This document shows positions 55,647 to 64,000 of a DNA stretch of 64,000 bases, piece after piece. A program made the position numbers and the translations under genes. The notes under the pieces are model-generated. The model searched no databases. It saw only the letters and a program-made list of their open reading frames with translations, and was not told the DNA's origin. Position 1 is the stretch's first letter. The number at the start of each line of letters is the position of its first letter. The stretch is from an uncultured Gammaproteobacteria bacterium (GTDB lineage: Bacteria; Patescibacteriota; Microgenomatia; JAMCZE01), in assembly GCA_964641255.1 (NCBI GenBank), contig CAZXMM010000001.1, positions 537,984-601,983 of the forward strand, written 5' to 3'.

Positions 55647-56930
55647 TTACTTTGTCGCAGCTTTGGGATTAAATAAAGCGCTACGTCCCAAGAGTTCTTC
55701 GATTCTTAAAAGTTCATTATACTTAGCTACCCGGTCGGTGCGAGATAGCGAGCCAGTCTTGATTTGCCCTGTCGCCAGGCCGACGGCTAGGTGGGCGATA
55801 GTCGTGTCTTCAGTCTCCCCAGAACGGTGTGACATGATAGTGCTAAAGTTAGCCTCCTTGGCCATTTGTACCGCTTCTATAGTTTCTGTCAGCGTTCCTA
55901 TTTGATTGGGCTTGACTAAAATAGCGTTAGAAGCACCCTCGACAATGGCTTTTTTAAGGAAAGTGGTATTGGTAACCAAAAGGTCATCGCCGACAAGTTG
56001 TACTTTATCCCCAAGTTTAGTAGTTAATTCTTTCCAGCCGTCCCAATCAGACTCAGCCAGACCATCTTCGATAGAGATAAGAGGGTAGCGATTCGTTAAA
56101 TCGACGAGCCAGTCAATCATCCCAGTACTACTAAGTGACTGGTTCTCGGCTTTTAGATTATATTTGCCATCTTGAAAGAATTCCGAGGCGGCTACATCCA
56201 GGCCAAAGGCCACATCCACCCCTACCCTGTAATTAGCCTTCTCAACCGCCTTAATAAGAAGTTCCAACGCTTCGGCATTACCTTGTTTTACCCGGGGGGC
56301 AAATCCACCCTCGTCACCAACAGTTGTGTCATAGCCCGCTTCTTTCAGCACACTCTTTAAGTTTTGAAATATTTCCGATCCCATTTGCAGCGCCTGGGAA
56401 AAGCTTTTAGCCCCAATGGGGAGAATCATAAATTCCTGAACATCAGTAACAAAAGAGGCGTGAGCCCCTCCATTAATGATGTTCATGAGGGGCAGGGGAA
56501 GCAGGGGACTTGGGTTACCAACCAGGTTAGCCACATATTCAAACAGTTGTTTACCTTGGGTGTGAGCGGCCGCTTTGGCGCAGGCCAGTGAGACCGCCAA
56601 AATGGCATTGGCGCCTAGGTTACTTTTATTGTTCGTACCGTCAAGACTAATCAGGGCTTCGTCAATCTGTTTTTGGCCCGTAACCTCTGTGCCAATGAGC
56701 CTGGCAGCAATCTCACTATTAATATGCCCCACCGCTGTTAGTACTCCTTGGCCACCATAAACTGATTGATCGTTATCTCTTAGCTCGAGGGCTTCATGGG
56801 TACCAGTAGAAGCGCCGGAGGGAACAGCTGCTCTCCCTATTACTCCATTATCTAAAATGACGTCAGCCTCCACGGTAGGTTTACCGCGCGAGTCCAGAAT
56901 TTGTCGGCCAATTAAAGTTTTAATTTTCAT
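55647..56930 (-). CDS. eno: Enolase
   Basis: [41 protein letters not shown]. Confidence 0.97.
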   Translation of the reverse strand: MKIKTLIGRQILDSRGKPTVEADVILDNGVIGRAAVPSGASTGTHEALELRDNDQSVYGGQGVLTAVGHINSEIAARLIGTEVTGQKQIDEALISLDGTNNKSNLGANAILAVSLACAKAAAHTQGKQLFEYVANLVGNPSPLLPLPLMNIINGGAHASFVTDVQEFMILPIGAKSFSQALQMGSEIFQNLKSVLKEAGYDTTVGDEGGFAPRVKQGNAEALELLIKAVEKANYRVGVDVAFGLDVAASEFFQDGKYNLKAENQSLSSTGMIDWLVDLTNRYPLISIEDGLAESDWDGWKELTTKLGDKVQLVGDDLLVTNTTFLKKAIVEGASNAILVKPNQIGTLTETIEAVQMAKEANFSTIMSHRSGETEDTTIAHLAVGLATGQIKTGSLSRTDRVAKYNELLRIEELLGRSALFNPKAATK

Positions 56931-57508
56931 TATTGCCTAGTAGCCCTAAAGACAGTATAGGTTTTCCCTTGAGCAAGCTTAGCGCAGTTACCAAAGGTTT
57001 GAAAGAGCTGTTTTTTAAAAAAGTCCTTAAGACCCAAAATGCACACTACAGTGAGCTTACCACCGGGTTTTAGGTAGTCCTTTGAGCCAGTGATAAAAGC
57101 GATTAGCTGTTCCTTGCCCATTCGGGCAGGAATATTGGAGGCAATATTGTCAAAGTTGTTCCGGGGCACGGCGCTAAAGAGGTTACTAAGGTAGATTTCT
57201 GCGTTCACCAACTCATTGGCCACAGCGTTTCGTTTAGCAAAATCAATCGCGACAAAGTCCTTATCAACCAAATGAGTGTGTCCTTGCGCCGCCTTCTTAG
57301 CCATAGTCAAACCGATGGCTCCGTAACCACAGCCAAAATCAAGATTGTTGTCCCCCAGCCGTACCGTCAAATTGTCAATCAAAAGCCGGGTCCCCTCGTC
57401 AATTTGTTTGGGACTAAACAGTCCCCAGGTACTTTGAAAAGTGAAAGGATAACCACCCACAACATCGCTAAAAACTATTGTCTCTGAAGAAGAATTAACT
57501 GGTATCAT
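56930..57508 (-). CDS. Small class I SAM methyltransferase (RsmC/MTS-like)
   Basis: [24 protein letters not shown]. Confidence 0.85.
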   Translation of the reverse strand: MIPVNSSSETIVFSDVVGGYPFTFQSTWGLFSPKQIDEGTRLLIDNLTVRLGDNNLDFGCGYGAIGLTMAKKAAQGHTHLVDKDFVAIDFAKRNAVANELVNAEIYLSNLFSAVPRNNFDNIASNIPARMGKEQLIAFITGSKDYLKPGGKLTVVCILGLKDFFKKQLFQTFGNCAKLAQGKTYTVFRATRQ

Positions 57509-57562
57509 CTGCCTATATTGTAACATTTGCAATATTTTTCTTATGCACTAAGATGGTAGGTA

Positions 57563-59524
57563 ATGATCAAAACCCTCCTGGTAGTAACGGTAATTTTACT
57601 GGTTTTTGGTTTCGCCACTCTGGCCCTCTACTTCCTATTTCCTTCGCGACTTGCCTGGCCACCTCAGCGGGACCAGTCAGTTAACAATTTAATTACTGAT
57701 TCTGAAGTAAGTGAGACCCAGAGCGAAGAGGGTCAAGAAGTAAAGTTCTCTGGCACCCTAACGCTCCTTGACAATGACCTGGGTCTAATTGTTCCCACCG
57801 AGGACTACGCTCTTAACAATCTTGGGGCTAAGGTGGTCTATTACTCTGCCGGCACTTACCAAAATACAGCGTACCGAGGTTACACCCGCTATTTAGCTGT
57901 CCGTGAGGCAGTTGATCCCAGCGGCCCCAAGGTCTTTATTTTTGCTTCTAAGGATCAAAAAACTTATGTAGCTGATAGTGCCGGTTACGATGATTATTCG
58001 CGGGAGCTGGAGAGTAGCAAGATAAGTAAGGCTGCTGCTCTTCCTAGTGCTCAACCCAAAATCCTAGACTTGAGTGAGAAGTTTAGTTTGTACCGCAAAG
58101 GCCTCAAAATTATTTCTCAGCCGACCGGGAAGAAAGACCAGTATGGTAATAATGAAACTGAGTCGGTGTTGCCTCGGCAAACCGCCACTTATCTTCCGCT
58201 CGCCCTACCGAGTGGTACCTCTAGTTTAGGTTTGAAATTGTTTTTTGAACCTTGGACGCCGAGTCCCTTTTTGGACAAAATGGCTTCCGAGCAAAAGGCA
58301 CTGGAACAAATTAAATCCGATTTCTTTGCTACCACCACAGAAATCCTGGCTGTGGATTCGGTGGGCCTAGTCATGGAATACGATTTAGTCAACCAGCCAA
58401 CGGTGGCTGCCTACGAGCCGGCCTTGAAAATTTTCAATGAACAGTACCAGACCTACCAACAGGCAGTGAAGCGTTGGAAGACTGGCGAAAAATATCCCCC
58501 CTACCCAGAGGTTCCCCAACGACCCAGTTTGGCCCTAAAGAAAGAGCAAATTGTCGGCCCGGTGGGCTATATCAACTACAGTGTCGCTTTCCCCGCGGCT
58601 TGTTCGCAAGAGGTGAGTACGGTGGTAGTTAAAAATATTGCCGAGGCAGATTTACAATCTTTAGGCACTTCACCCAACGGCGAACTACTTAGGCTGGTTA
58701 ATCCCAATCACCCCCTTTACCACTTGGAATATGCCATTAAAACGGCTGACAAAATTGGGTTTGCAGACATGAATAAGGTGGCTATACCCACCTTTAGTGA
58801 GTATGTGGCCAAATACCCTCTGCTATTTTTTCGTGATCCCTGGGATCGGTTAGTGGTACTGGGCGAATACGACTTTAAACTGGCCGGCGGTTGCGGTAAA
58901 CCGGTACTTTACTTTTATCCACCCAAAACCACCGATATTACGGTCAATTTTACTGCCCCAGTGGATTTAACCCTAGCCATTCCCAACTATCAGGGGGGCT
59001 GGTTTGTAAGAGCCACCCCGGAGGGAACCCTTACCGATTTACAGCCAGAGTACACCGTTTGTAGTGATATTAAGAGCGACCGTGCTGGCTCAGAGTATGC
59101 TAAGCAGGCTTGCCAGACTAACACCTACCCCTATATCTATTGGGAGGGTAACGGGAAAAAGGGCCAGTATCCCGAGCCCAGCTCTGGCTGGATTGTCGCC
59201 GCCGCTGATTTGCCGGACTTTCTAGATAGAAGACTTAGTGAGGTTGGGCTAACTACCAAGGAAAGGGCGGACATGCTCTCTTACTGGCTACCCAGGATGG
59301 CGGCGGAGGCAGTGCCGTTTTATCGCGTGGCATTTTTACAGACCCGGGAAATGAATCAGATCGCGCCCCTGACTATTAATCCCCAACCAGATAGTTTTTA
59401 CCGCCTGTTTCTAGACTATTTACCACTAGTAGCTAAACCTATTTTGAAGCTTTCACCCCAGAAACTAGAGCCAATTGTCAGGCGGGGCTTTACCGTAGTA
59501 GAGTGGGGGGGACTAAAACGCTAG
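57563..59524 (+). CDS. Large membrane-anchored protein with conserved uncharacterised C-terminal domain
   Basis: N-terminal TM; C-terminal KPVLYFYP...YIYWEG...YWLPRM...RGFTVVEWGG. Confidence 0.7.
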   Translation: MIKTLLVVTVILLVFGFATLALYFLFPSRLAWPPQRDQSVNNLITDSEVSETQSEEGQEVKFSGTLTLLDNDLGLIVPTEDYALNNLGAKVVYYSAGTYQNTAYRGYTRYLAVREAVDPSGPKVFIFASKDQKTYVADSAGYDDYSRELESSKISKAAALPSAQPKILDLSEKFSLYRKGLKIISQPTGKKDQYGNNETESVLPRQTATYLPLALPSGTSSLGLKLFFEPWTPSPFLDKMASEQKALEQIKSDFFATTTEILAVDSVGLVMEYDLVNQPTVAAYEPALKIFNEQYQTYQQAVKRWKTGEKYPPYPEVPQRPSLALKKEQIVGPVGYINYSVAFPAACSQEVSTVVVKNIAEADLQSLGTSPNGELLRLVNPNHPLYHLEYAIKTADKIGFADMNKVAIPTFSEYVAKYPLLFFRDPWDRLVVLGEYDFKLAGGCGKPVLYFYPPKTTDITVNFTAPVDLTLAIPNYQGGWFVRATPEGTLTDLQPEYTVCSDIKSDRAGSEYAKQACQTNTYPYIYWEGNGKKGQYPEPSSGWIVAAADLPDFLDRRLSEVGLTTKERADMLSYWLPRMAAEAVPFYRVAFLQTREMNQIAPLTINPQPDSFYRLFLDYLPLVAKPILKLSPQKLEPIVRRGFTVVEWGGLKR

Positions 59525-59529
59525 CAAGA

Positions 59530-60051
59530 CTAGTAACTTAGTTGTTGATAACCCAATAGACTAAGTTTGTCTGCCAAATCGGCAAATTTTTTCCCGGCAA
59601 TTTTTCCTCCCGCTAACCACTCAAATTCGCTGCCGGTAATCTCTGCTCCACAAAAATCGGGAGGAATAAACCCGGCTGCTTCCTCTGTTGAGGCAAACTC
59701 TACTTCTAAAATCCCCAGGCCATAAAGATCACCCGTCCAGAGATCCAGTTCCGCTTCTAAGTTTCCTAAGGGGAGATAATAGCGGGTTTTGGTCTGACCT
59801 AAAGAGTCCAGCTTGGCTAAAGCGTCGTATTCAACGACTGACAGGGTAATTGTTTCTTCGGTCATCTCTGTCCCATTACCACCGGCTTTGGGTCGTTTTT
59901 TGGTCAGTTCCCGCTCCTCCCCCCTGCGCCGCAATCTAAGACTCGGGTGCTCCTCACCAGTTAAAATCATGCGGTCTTCAATGGTGAGACTATGCAGTCC
60001 ACCCAGATCGGGGAGTGATTTTAAAAGGAACCGGCGCTCAATTTCTAACAT
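59530..60051 (-). CDS. CYTH domain protein
   Basis: EIERRFL (ExExR), LRLR, KTRY, ELD, EVEF. Confidence 0.88.
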   Translation of the reverse strand: MLEIERRFLLKSLPDLGGLHSLTIEDRMILTGEEHPSLRLRRRGEERELTKKRPKAGGNGTEMTEETITLSVVEYDALAKLDSLGQTKTRYYLPLGNLEAELDLWTGDLYGLGILEVEFASTEEAAGFIPPDFCGAEITGSEFEWLAGGKIAGKKFADLADKLSLLGYQQLSY

Positions 60052-60060
60052 TATAGTTAT

Positions 60061-60375
60061 TTAGTTGTTAAAAAACTGGGAGCCATCTAGCGTTAGACGT
60101 GGCCGGACAACGGCAAATTGATCTGCTACAACACCATCGAGTGATCTAACCTCAGCTGCGACCACTGCACAGTCCCTATTGCAATATACGCTCAAAGGGC
60201 AACGGTGATTGGTTTTTCCGGCCCTTCCATTTAGACAAAAAACAGCATCTCCAATAGTGGGGCGTAGTCGACCCACAGCGGAAACCCTCAGCTTAGTAGA
60301 TTCGCAAGTAACTAAATATTCGCCAGTTTTCACATCCAAAATTATAGAGCGAGGGAGACAAGTTGCAAGATGCAA
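60061..60375 (-). CDS. Hypothetical Cys-rich protein
   Basis: 104 aa ORF filling the gap upstream of the CYTH gene; start uncertain. Confidence 0.4.
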   Translation of the reverse strand: MHLATCLPRSIILDVKTGEYLVTCESTKLRVSAVGRLRPTIGDAVFCLNGRAGKTNHRCPLSVYCNRDCAVVAAEVRSLDGVVADQFAVVRPRLTLDGSQFFNN

Positions 60376-60398
60376 TTTCCACTATAATGGGAGCTCTT

Positions 60399-61319
60399 AT
60401 GACTAAGCTGGGGTTACTAGTTATAGTTCTTTGCGTTTTGTCTCTAGGTTTAGTGGCGGTCGCCATGATCAGGGCCTTTATCTTGCCGCTACTTCCTACC
60501 TCTGCCTCCCCAGTGAGGACTGTTCCCACGGCCGTCAGTGTGGTTCCAACTAAAAACGTTGCCAAGACTGGGCTAGCAGAACTAGTGACTAAGGCTCTTG
60601 CGGGGAGTAAAGGCACTTACGCGGTAGTCGTGATTAATTTACGAACAGGAGAAAGCTACCGCCTCAACGAGGAGCGGGTCTTCGAATCTGCCAGCCTCTA
60701 TAAACTGTGGGTCATGGCCACGGCCTTTAAGCAAATTGAGGCGGGCAGTCTAAAGAGAGACGAGGTCTTAACTGATTCCATCGCTCAGCTGAACCGCGAC
60801 TTTGATATTGCCTCGGAGTCGGCTGAACTAACTAGTGGGGGAATTTCTCTAACGACCAAGACGGCGCTGGAACAAATGATTACCATTTCTCATAACTACG
60901 CTGCCATGCTGCTCTCAAAGCGGGTAAAGCTGTCTCAGGTCAGCGCGTTTTTAGCTGCCCATAATTACACCCATTCGGCTCTTGGGACCCCGCCCAAGAC
61001 TACCGCCGCAGATATGGCTCAGTTTTTAGCTGATTTGTACCACGGCAAATTAGGTAGTGAAAGTAGCACGCACGATATGCTGGCGCTCCTGAAGCGCCAA
61101 CAGTTAAACAATAAATTGCCACTCTATTTGCCCCCTGAAGTACAAATGGCTCATAAGACTGGGGAACTAGACCGAGTGACCCACGACGCGGGAATTGTCT
61201 TTTCTAACCAGGGAGACTTCATTATTGTCGTTTTGTCAGAAAGTGACTCTCCTGTAGGAGCCGAAGAGCGGATAGCTCAAATCAGCAAGGTAGTCTACGA
61301 CTACTTTTTAGTTAAATAG
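60399..61319 (+). CDS. Serine hydrolase, class A beta-lactamase-like
   Basis: SASLYK (SxxK), ISHN (SxN), HKTG, HDAGIV; N-terminal TM. Confidence 0.88.
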   Translation: MTKLGLLVIVLCVLSLGLVAVAMIRAFILPLLPTSASPVRTVPTAVSVVPTKNVAKTGLAELVTKALAGSKGTYAVVVINLRTGESYRLNEERVFESASLYKLWVMATAFKQIEAGSLKRDEVLTDSIAQLNRDFDIASESAELTSGGISLTTKTALEQMITISHNYAAMLLSKRVKLSQVSAFLAAHNYTHSALGTPPKTTAADMAQFLADLYHGKLGSESSTHDMLALLKRQQLNNKLPLYLPPEVQMAHKTGELDRVTHDAGIVFSNQGDFIIVVLSESDSPVGAEERIAQISKVVYDYFLVK

Positions 61320-62395
61320 GTGATGAGGACTACAAGGGCGTACAACAGACCCAGCAATCCCGCATTAATGAGGATGTTTTGCCACAGTGGGGTGTAACTA
61401 GGCAAGATCAGATTGATGGGAAAGATCAACAGAGCGTGTAGTCCGTAGGCAAGCAGCGAATTGGCGCCGAATGTTTTAAAAAAGCCTTTTGACCAAGCGT
61501 TAATTTTTTGCTCGTGCCTTCGTACCCAGTAGTAGAGGGCACTAAACCAGAGCAGGGCTAAAAGAGCCCGCCCCGGCCCCAGTTTCCCTTTGTCAAAAAC
61601 ACTCACTAGTAGCTCTTTGTGCCAATAGCTTAGGTCTTTTAAAGCGCTAAGATTAGCCTGGCTTAAAAAATCAAGGTGCCAGTTAAGATCAAGAAGGGCC
61701 TTTACTCCAAAGACCATAACTACACTGAGGAAAAGTGTTAGGAGTGAAAGAGTGTACAGCCAGGTAACGTACGTAGGGCGCAGTTTTTTTTCTAGCTGCA
61801 AGAGATAATAGCCACCCGTAATACCAAAAGTAAAAAGCAGTTGCCAAGAGAGATAAAAATTGTCTTGTCTTAGTAGCCAGACACCACTTGTGGCGAGAAT
61901 TACTAGCCACCAGCGGCGTTTGGCGAGGAGCCAAAGAGCTAGGGGGGCAAAGAGCATAAAGATAGCATAGTAAGGCAGGAAGTCGGCCCAGCCGTAGGTA
62001 TAGCGCAAACTGAGAGTGTCTATAAGTAGCCGCAGGGGATCACTAAGAGAAAGCCAGTTTTGTTTGATTTTTAAGGAGGGAGTAAGATTGGCCCAGATTG
62101 TAAAAAAAAGTGTTAGAGCCACTGCCCAAAAATAAAGAGTGGCGGCCCGTTTCCACAGTTTGGTGGCCACTGCCCAAAAATGAGTTTTTACTGCCTCCCG
62201 GTAAATAAAGCCTACGAGTACTCCGGAAATCAGAAAAAACCCTTCAGCCGCCGACACCCAGAGCTTGCCCTGGCCACTAAAAATATCGAAAAAACCCGGA
62301 AAGCGGTAAATATGATCGACTAAAACGACACACAAAAAATAGCCGCGCAATAGATCCAAAGCTAGTATTCGCTGCGATTGTGGTTTAGTCTCCAT
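61301..62395 (-). CDS. OpgC-domain membrane acyltransferase
   Basis: LDLLRG, VDH, SAAEGFFLISG, LPYY, SWQLLF, DK..LGP.R, FGANSL. Confidence 0.85.
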   Translation of the reverse strand: METKPQSQRILALDLLRGYFLCVVLVDHIYRFPGFFDIFSGQGKLWVSAAEGFFLISGVLVGFIYREAVKTHFWAVATKLWKRAATLYFWAVALTLFFTIWANLTPSLKIKQNWLSLSDPLRLLIDTLSLRYTYGWADFLPYYAIFMLFAPLALWLLAKRRWWLVILATSGVWLLRQDNFYLSWQLLFTFGITGGYYLLQLEKKLRPTYVTWLYTLSLLTLFLSVVMVFGVKALLDLNWHLDFLSQANLSALKDLSYWHKELLVSVFDKGKLGPGRALLALLWFSALYYWVRRHEQKINAWSKGFFKTFGANSLLAYGLHALLIFPINLILPSYTPLWQNILINAGLLGLLYALVVLITYLTKK

Positions 62396-62398
62396 CGC

Positions 62399-63631
62399 TT
62401 AGTTAGCAAATGTCAGAGCAATCCCTTTTTTGTCGGCGCGACCAGTGCGACCAATGCGGTGCACATAGTCTTCATAAGTAGCGGGTAGTTCGTAGTTAAT
62501 GACGTGACTGACGCTGGGAATGTCAATTCCCCTAGAAGCGACGTCGGTAGCGAGTAAAATTTTAATTTGGCCGCTTTTAAAATCATTTAAAATCCTCTGC
62601 CTTTGGTTTTGATTCTTATTACCATGGATAGCGCCAGCCCGAAAACCCCGTTTAACTAAGTCCTCGCTAAGTTTTTGTACCGCCCATTTGGTGCGACCAA
62701 AAATTAACACTCGGTCGAAACCATCACTGGCCAAAAGGTCGTGGAGGGTATCGATTTTAGTTTTACCAGGAGTTAGGCGAATAACATCTTGGGTAATCGT
62801 TTGGCTACCGACTGACTGTTTAACAGTCACAGTAACGGCACTATGAACAAAATCTCTTAGAATATCCGCCACTTTACCAGAGATAGTGGCGGAGAAAAAT
62901 AGTGACTGCCGCTCTTTGGGCAAAAAGGACAAAAAGTACTTAATTTCATTGATAAAGCCAATATCGACCATCCGGTCGGCTTCATCTAAAACCACGTTTC
63001 TAAATTGCCCCAGATAAAGCTGTTTCTCCTGGGCCAAATCTTTGAGTCGGCCAGGAGTACCGATCACAAAATTGGGGTTACGCCGAAGGTCCATCCGCTG
63101 CCGGCCCATGCTTAGGCCGCCAATGCAGACCGCGGCCGTCAGATTTAAGCCCTTAGTAAACGAGCGAAATTCGTCAAAGATTTGCGTCGCCAATTCTCGG
63201 GTGGGAGTAATGATTAGGACCTTTTCGGCACGATTTTTTAACACTTTGTTAATTAGTGGCAGTAAAAAGGCGGCCGTTTTGCCGGTTCCAGTGCTCGCCA
63301 CTCCAATAACGTCTTGACCATTTAAAGCTAAGGGGATAGCCTGGTCTTGAACAGGAGTTGGCAGTTCGTAGCCTTTGGCAACAATATTGGCTTGGAGTTC
63401 GGGGACGAGAGCAAAGTCACTAAAGCGGTGGGTGGGGGTAAAAGCCACTTCCTCGCTGGCTACTAACCGCTGTTGCATATCACGATTGCCCTCAATGATC
63501 CGAATAATATCAATGTTGGGGGCAGCTGGACCCCGACGGCCGCCAAACCTAGGGCCAAATTTGCGGTAGCTACCCCCTCCCCGAATGGAGAATTGGGCAC
63601 TGCGGCGAAAATTTGGGTGGGATTGATACAT
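62399..63631 (-). CDS. DEAD-box RNA helicase
   Basis: TGTGKT, PTRELA, TPGR, DEAD, SAT, RGID, HRIGRTGR. Confidence 0.96.
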   Translation of the reverse strand: MYQSHPNFRRSAQFSIRGGGSYRKFGPRFGGRRGPAAPNIDIIRIIEGNRDMQQRLVASEEVAFTPTHRFSDFALVPELQANIVAKGYELPTPVQDQAIPLALNGQDVIGVASTGTGKTAAFLLPLINKVLKNRAEKVLIITPTRELATQIFDEFRSFTKGLNLTAAVCIGGLSMGRQRMDLRRNPNFVIGTPGRLKDLAQEKQLYLGQFRNVVLDEADRMVDIGFINEIKYFLSFLPKERQSLFFSATISGKVADILRDFVHSAVTVTVKQSVGSQTITQDVIRLTPGKTKIDTLHDLLASDGFDRVLIFGRTKWAVQKLSEDLVKRGFRAGAIHGNKNQNQRQRILNDFKSGQIKILLATDVASRGIDIPSVSHVINYELPATYEDYVHRIGRTGRADKKGIALTFAN

Positions 63632-63802
63632 AGTAAACAAATAGCAAAATTAGTTCCAACGGCAAGAATCTCTCAAAATTTAAAAAAATAGAACTAGTGT
63701 AAAGATTTGCAAATGGAGCTTAAAAAAGAAGAGTTTGTGGCAATTCAACTTAAGCTGTTCTATTGGAACCACATGGAGTGTACCACACTCCACTTGCAAT
63801 TG

Positions 63803-64000
63803 CTAGTTCAAAATTCCCAGTGCCTTGACCTGAGTGGAGAGATAGTTTTTAATATCTGCTGGAGACGTGGGTTGGCCAACAAAGTCAATGGTAAAGTCAG
63901 TGATATCGTCAAAATAGACAAGTTGTTGCAGAAACAGGCGTGCCGAGAATTCTGCTCCACGGCGCTTTTCTGTAATCTCAAGTAATTCCGTTAGGCTCAC
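63803..64000 (-). CDS. C-terminus of a probable AbiEii-type nucleotidyltransferase (partial)
   Basis: SL.ELL...EF..RLFLQQLVYFDD tail resembles AbiEii-family C-termini; only 65 aa visible. Confidence 0.5.
   Translation of the reverse strand: MSLTELLEITEKRRGAEFSARLFLQQLVYFDDITDFTIDFVGQPTSPADIKNYLSTQVKALGILN

Noticed and set aside
60399-61319. Bona fide antibiotic-resistance beta-lactamase
   Set aside because: The omega-loop ExxLN segment is not evident; more likely a peptidoglycan-related serine hydrolase.
1547-63985. Numerous 60-150 aa antisense or out-of-frame ORFs in the track
   Set aside because: Shadows of well-supported genes, with no motifs or start signals.
1-64000. CRISPR array, rRNA, integrase, transposase, reverse transcriptase/DGR, inteins
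   Set aside because: No regularly spaced repeats or recognisable motifs seen; DnaE, UvrA/B and the helicase have normal lengths. By-eye scanning could miss short arrays.
1-64000. Alternative genetic code (TGA=Gly)
   Set aside because: TGA terminates complete genes (for example 7778, 28612, 47397) and conserved genes are uninterrupted.

Overview
Chromosomal segment of a reduced-genome bacterium, most consistent with Patescibacteria/CPR (Microgenomates-like). This is an inference from gene content, short uvrC and rplS, and frequent -10 boxes 6-8 nt before start codons. TGA is used as stop (code 11). Contents: a surface-glycosylation cluster; five tRNAs (Thr, Gly, Asp, Lys, Glu); a three-gene flavinylation/electron-transfer operon (FMN-bind, ApbE, RnfD/NqrB-like-FNR fusion); an AT-rich variable patch downstream of tRNA-Gly; a sortase/PBP-like/LysM/LysM operon; polX-lemA-htpX; murT-gatD-gatCAB; dnaE-rplS; typA; lexA/uvrB/uvrA/uvrC; an ABC exporter; secG; gpmA-eno; a DEAD-box helicase. 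No CRISPR array, rRNA, integrase, transposase or reverse transcriptase was seen. The strongest candidate novel system is an NYN-domain RNase gene whose 3' end is overlapped by a predicted convergent ~60-nt structured antisense RNA with its own near-consensus sigma70 promoter and U-rich end, i.e. a possible RNase toxin/RNA antitoxin pair. Other notable items: a duplicated tRNA-Gly fragment whose anticodon arm is replaced by an equal-length GC palindrome; serial tRNA-Gly 3'-end remnants; an intact but apparently catalytically dead PEP-synthase homologue; several structured leaders and intergenic hairpins. All product calls are from motif recognition by eye; no searches were run.
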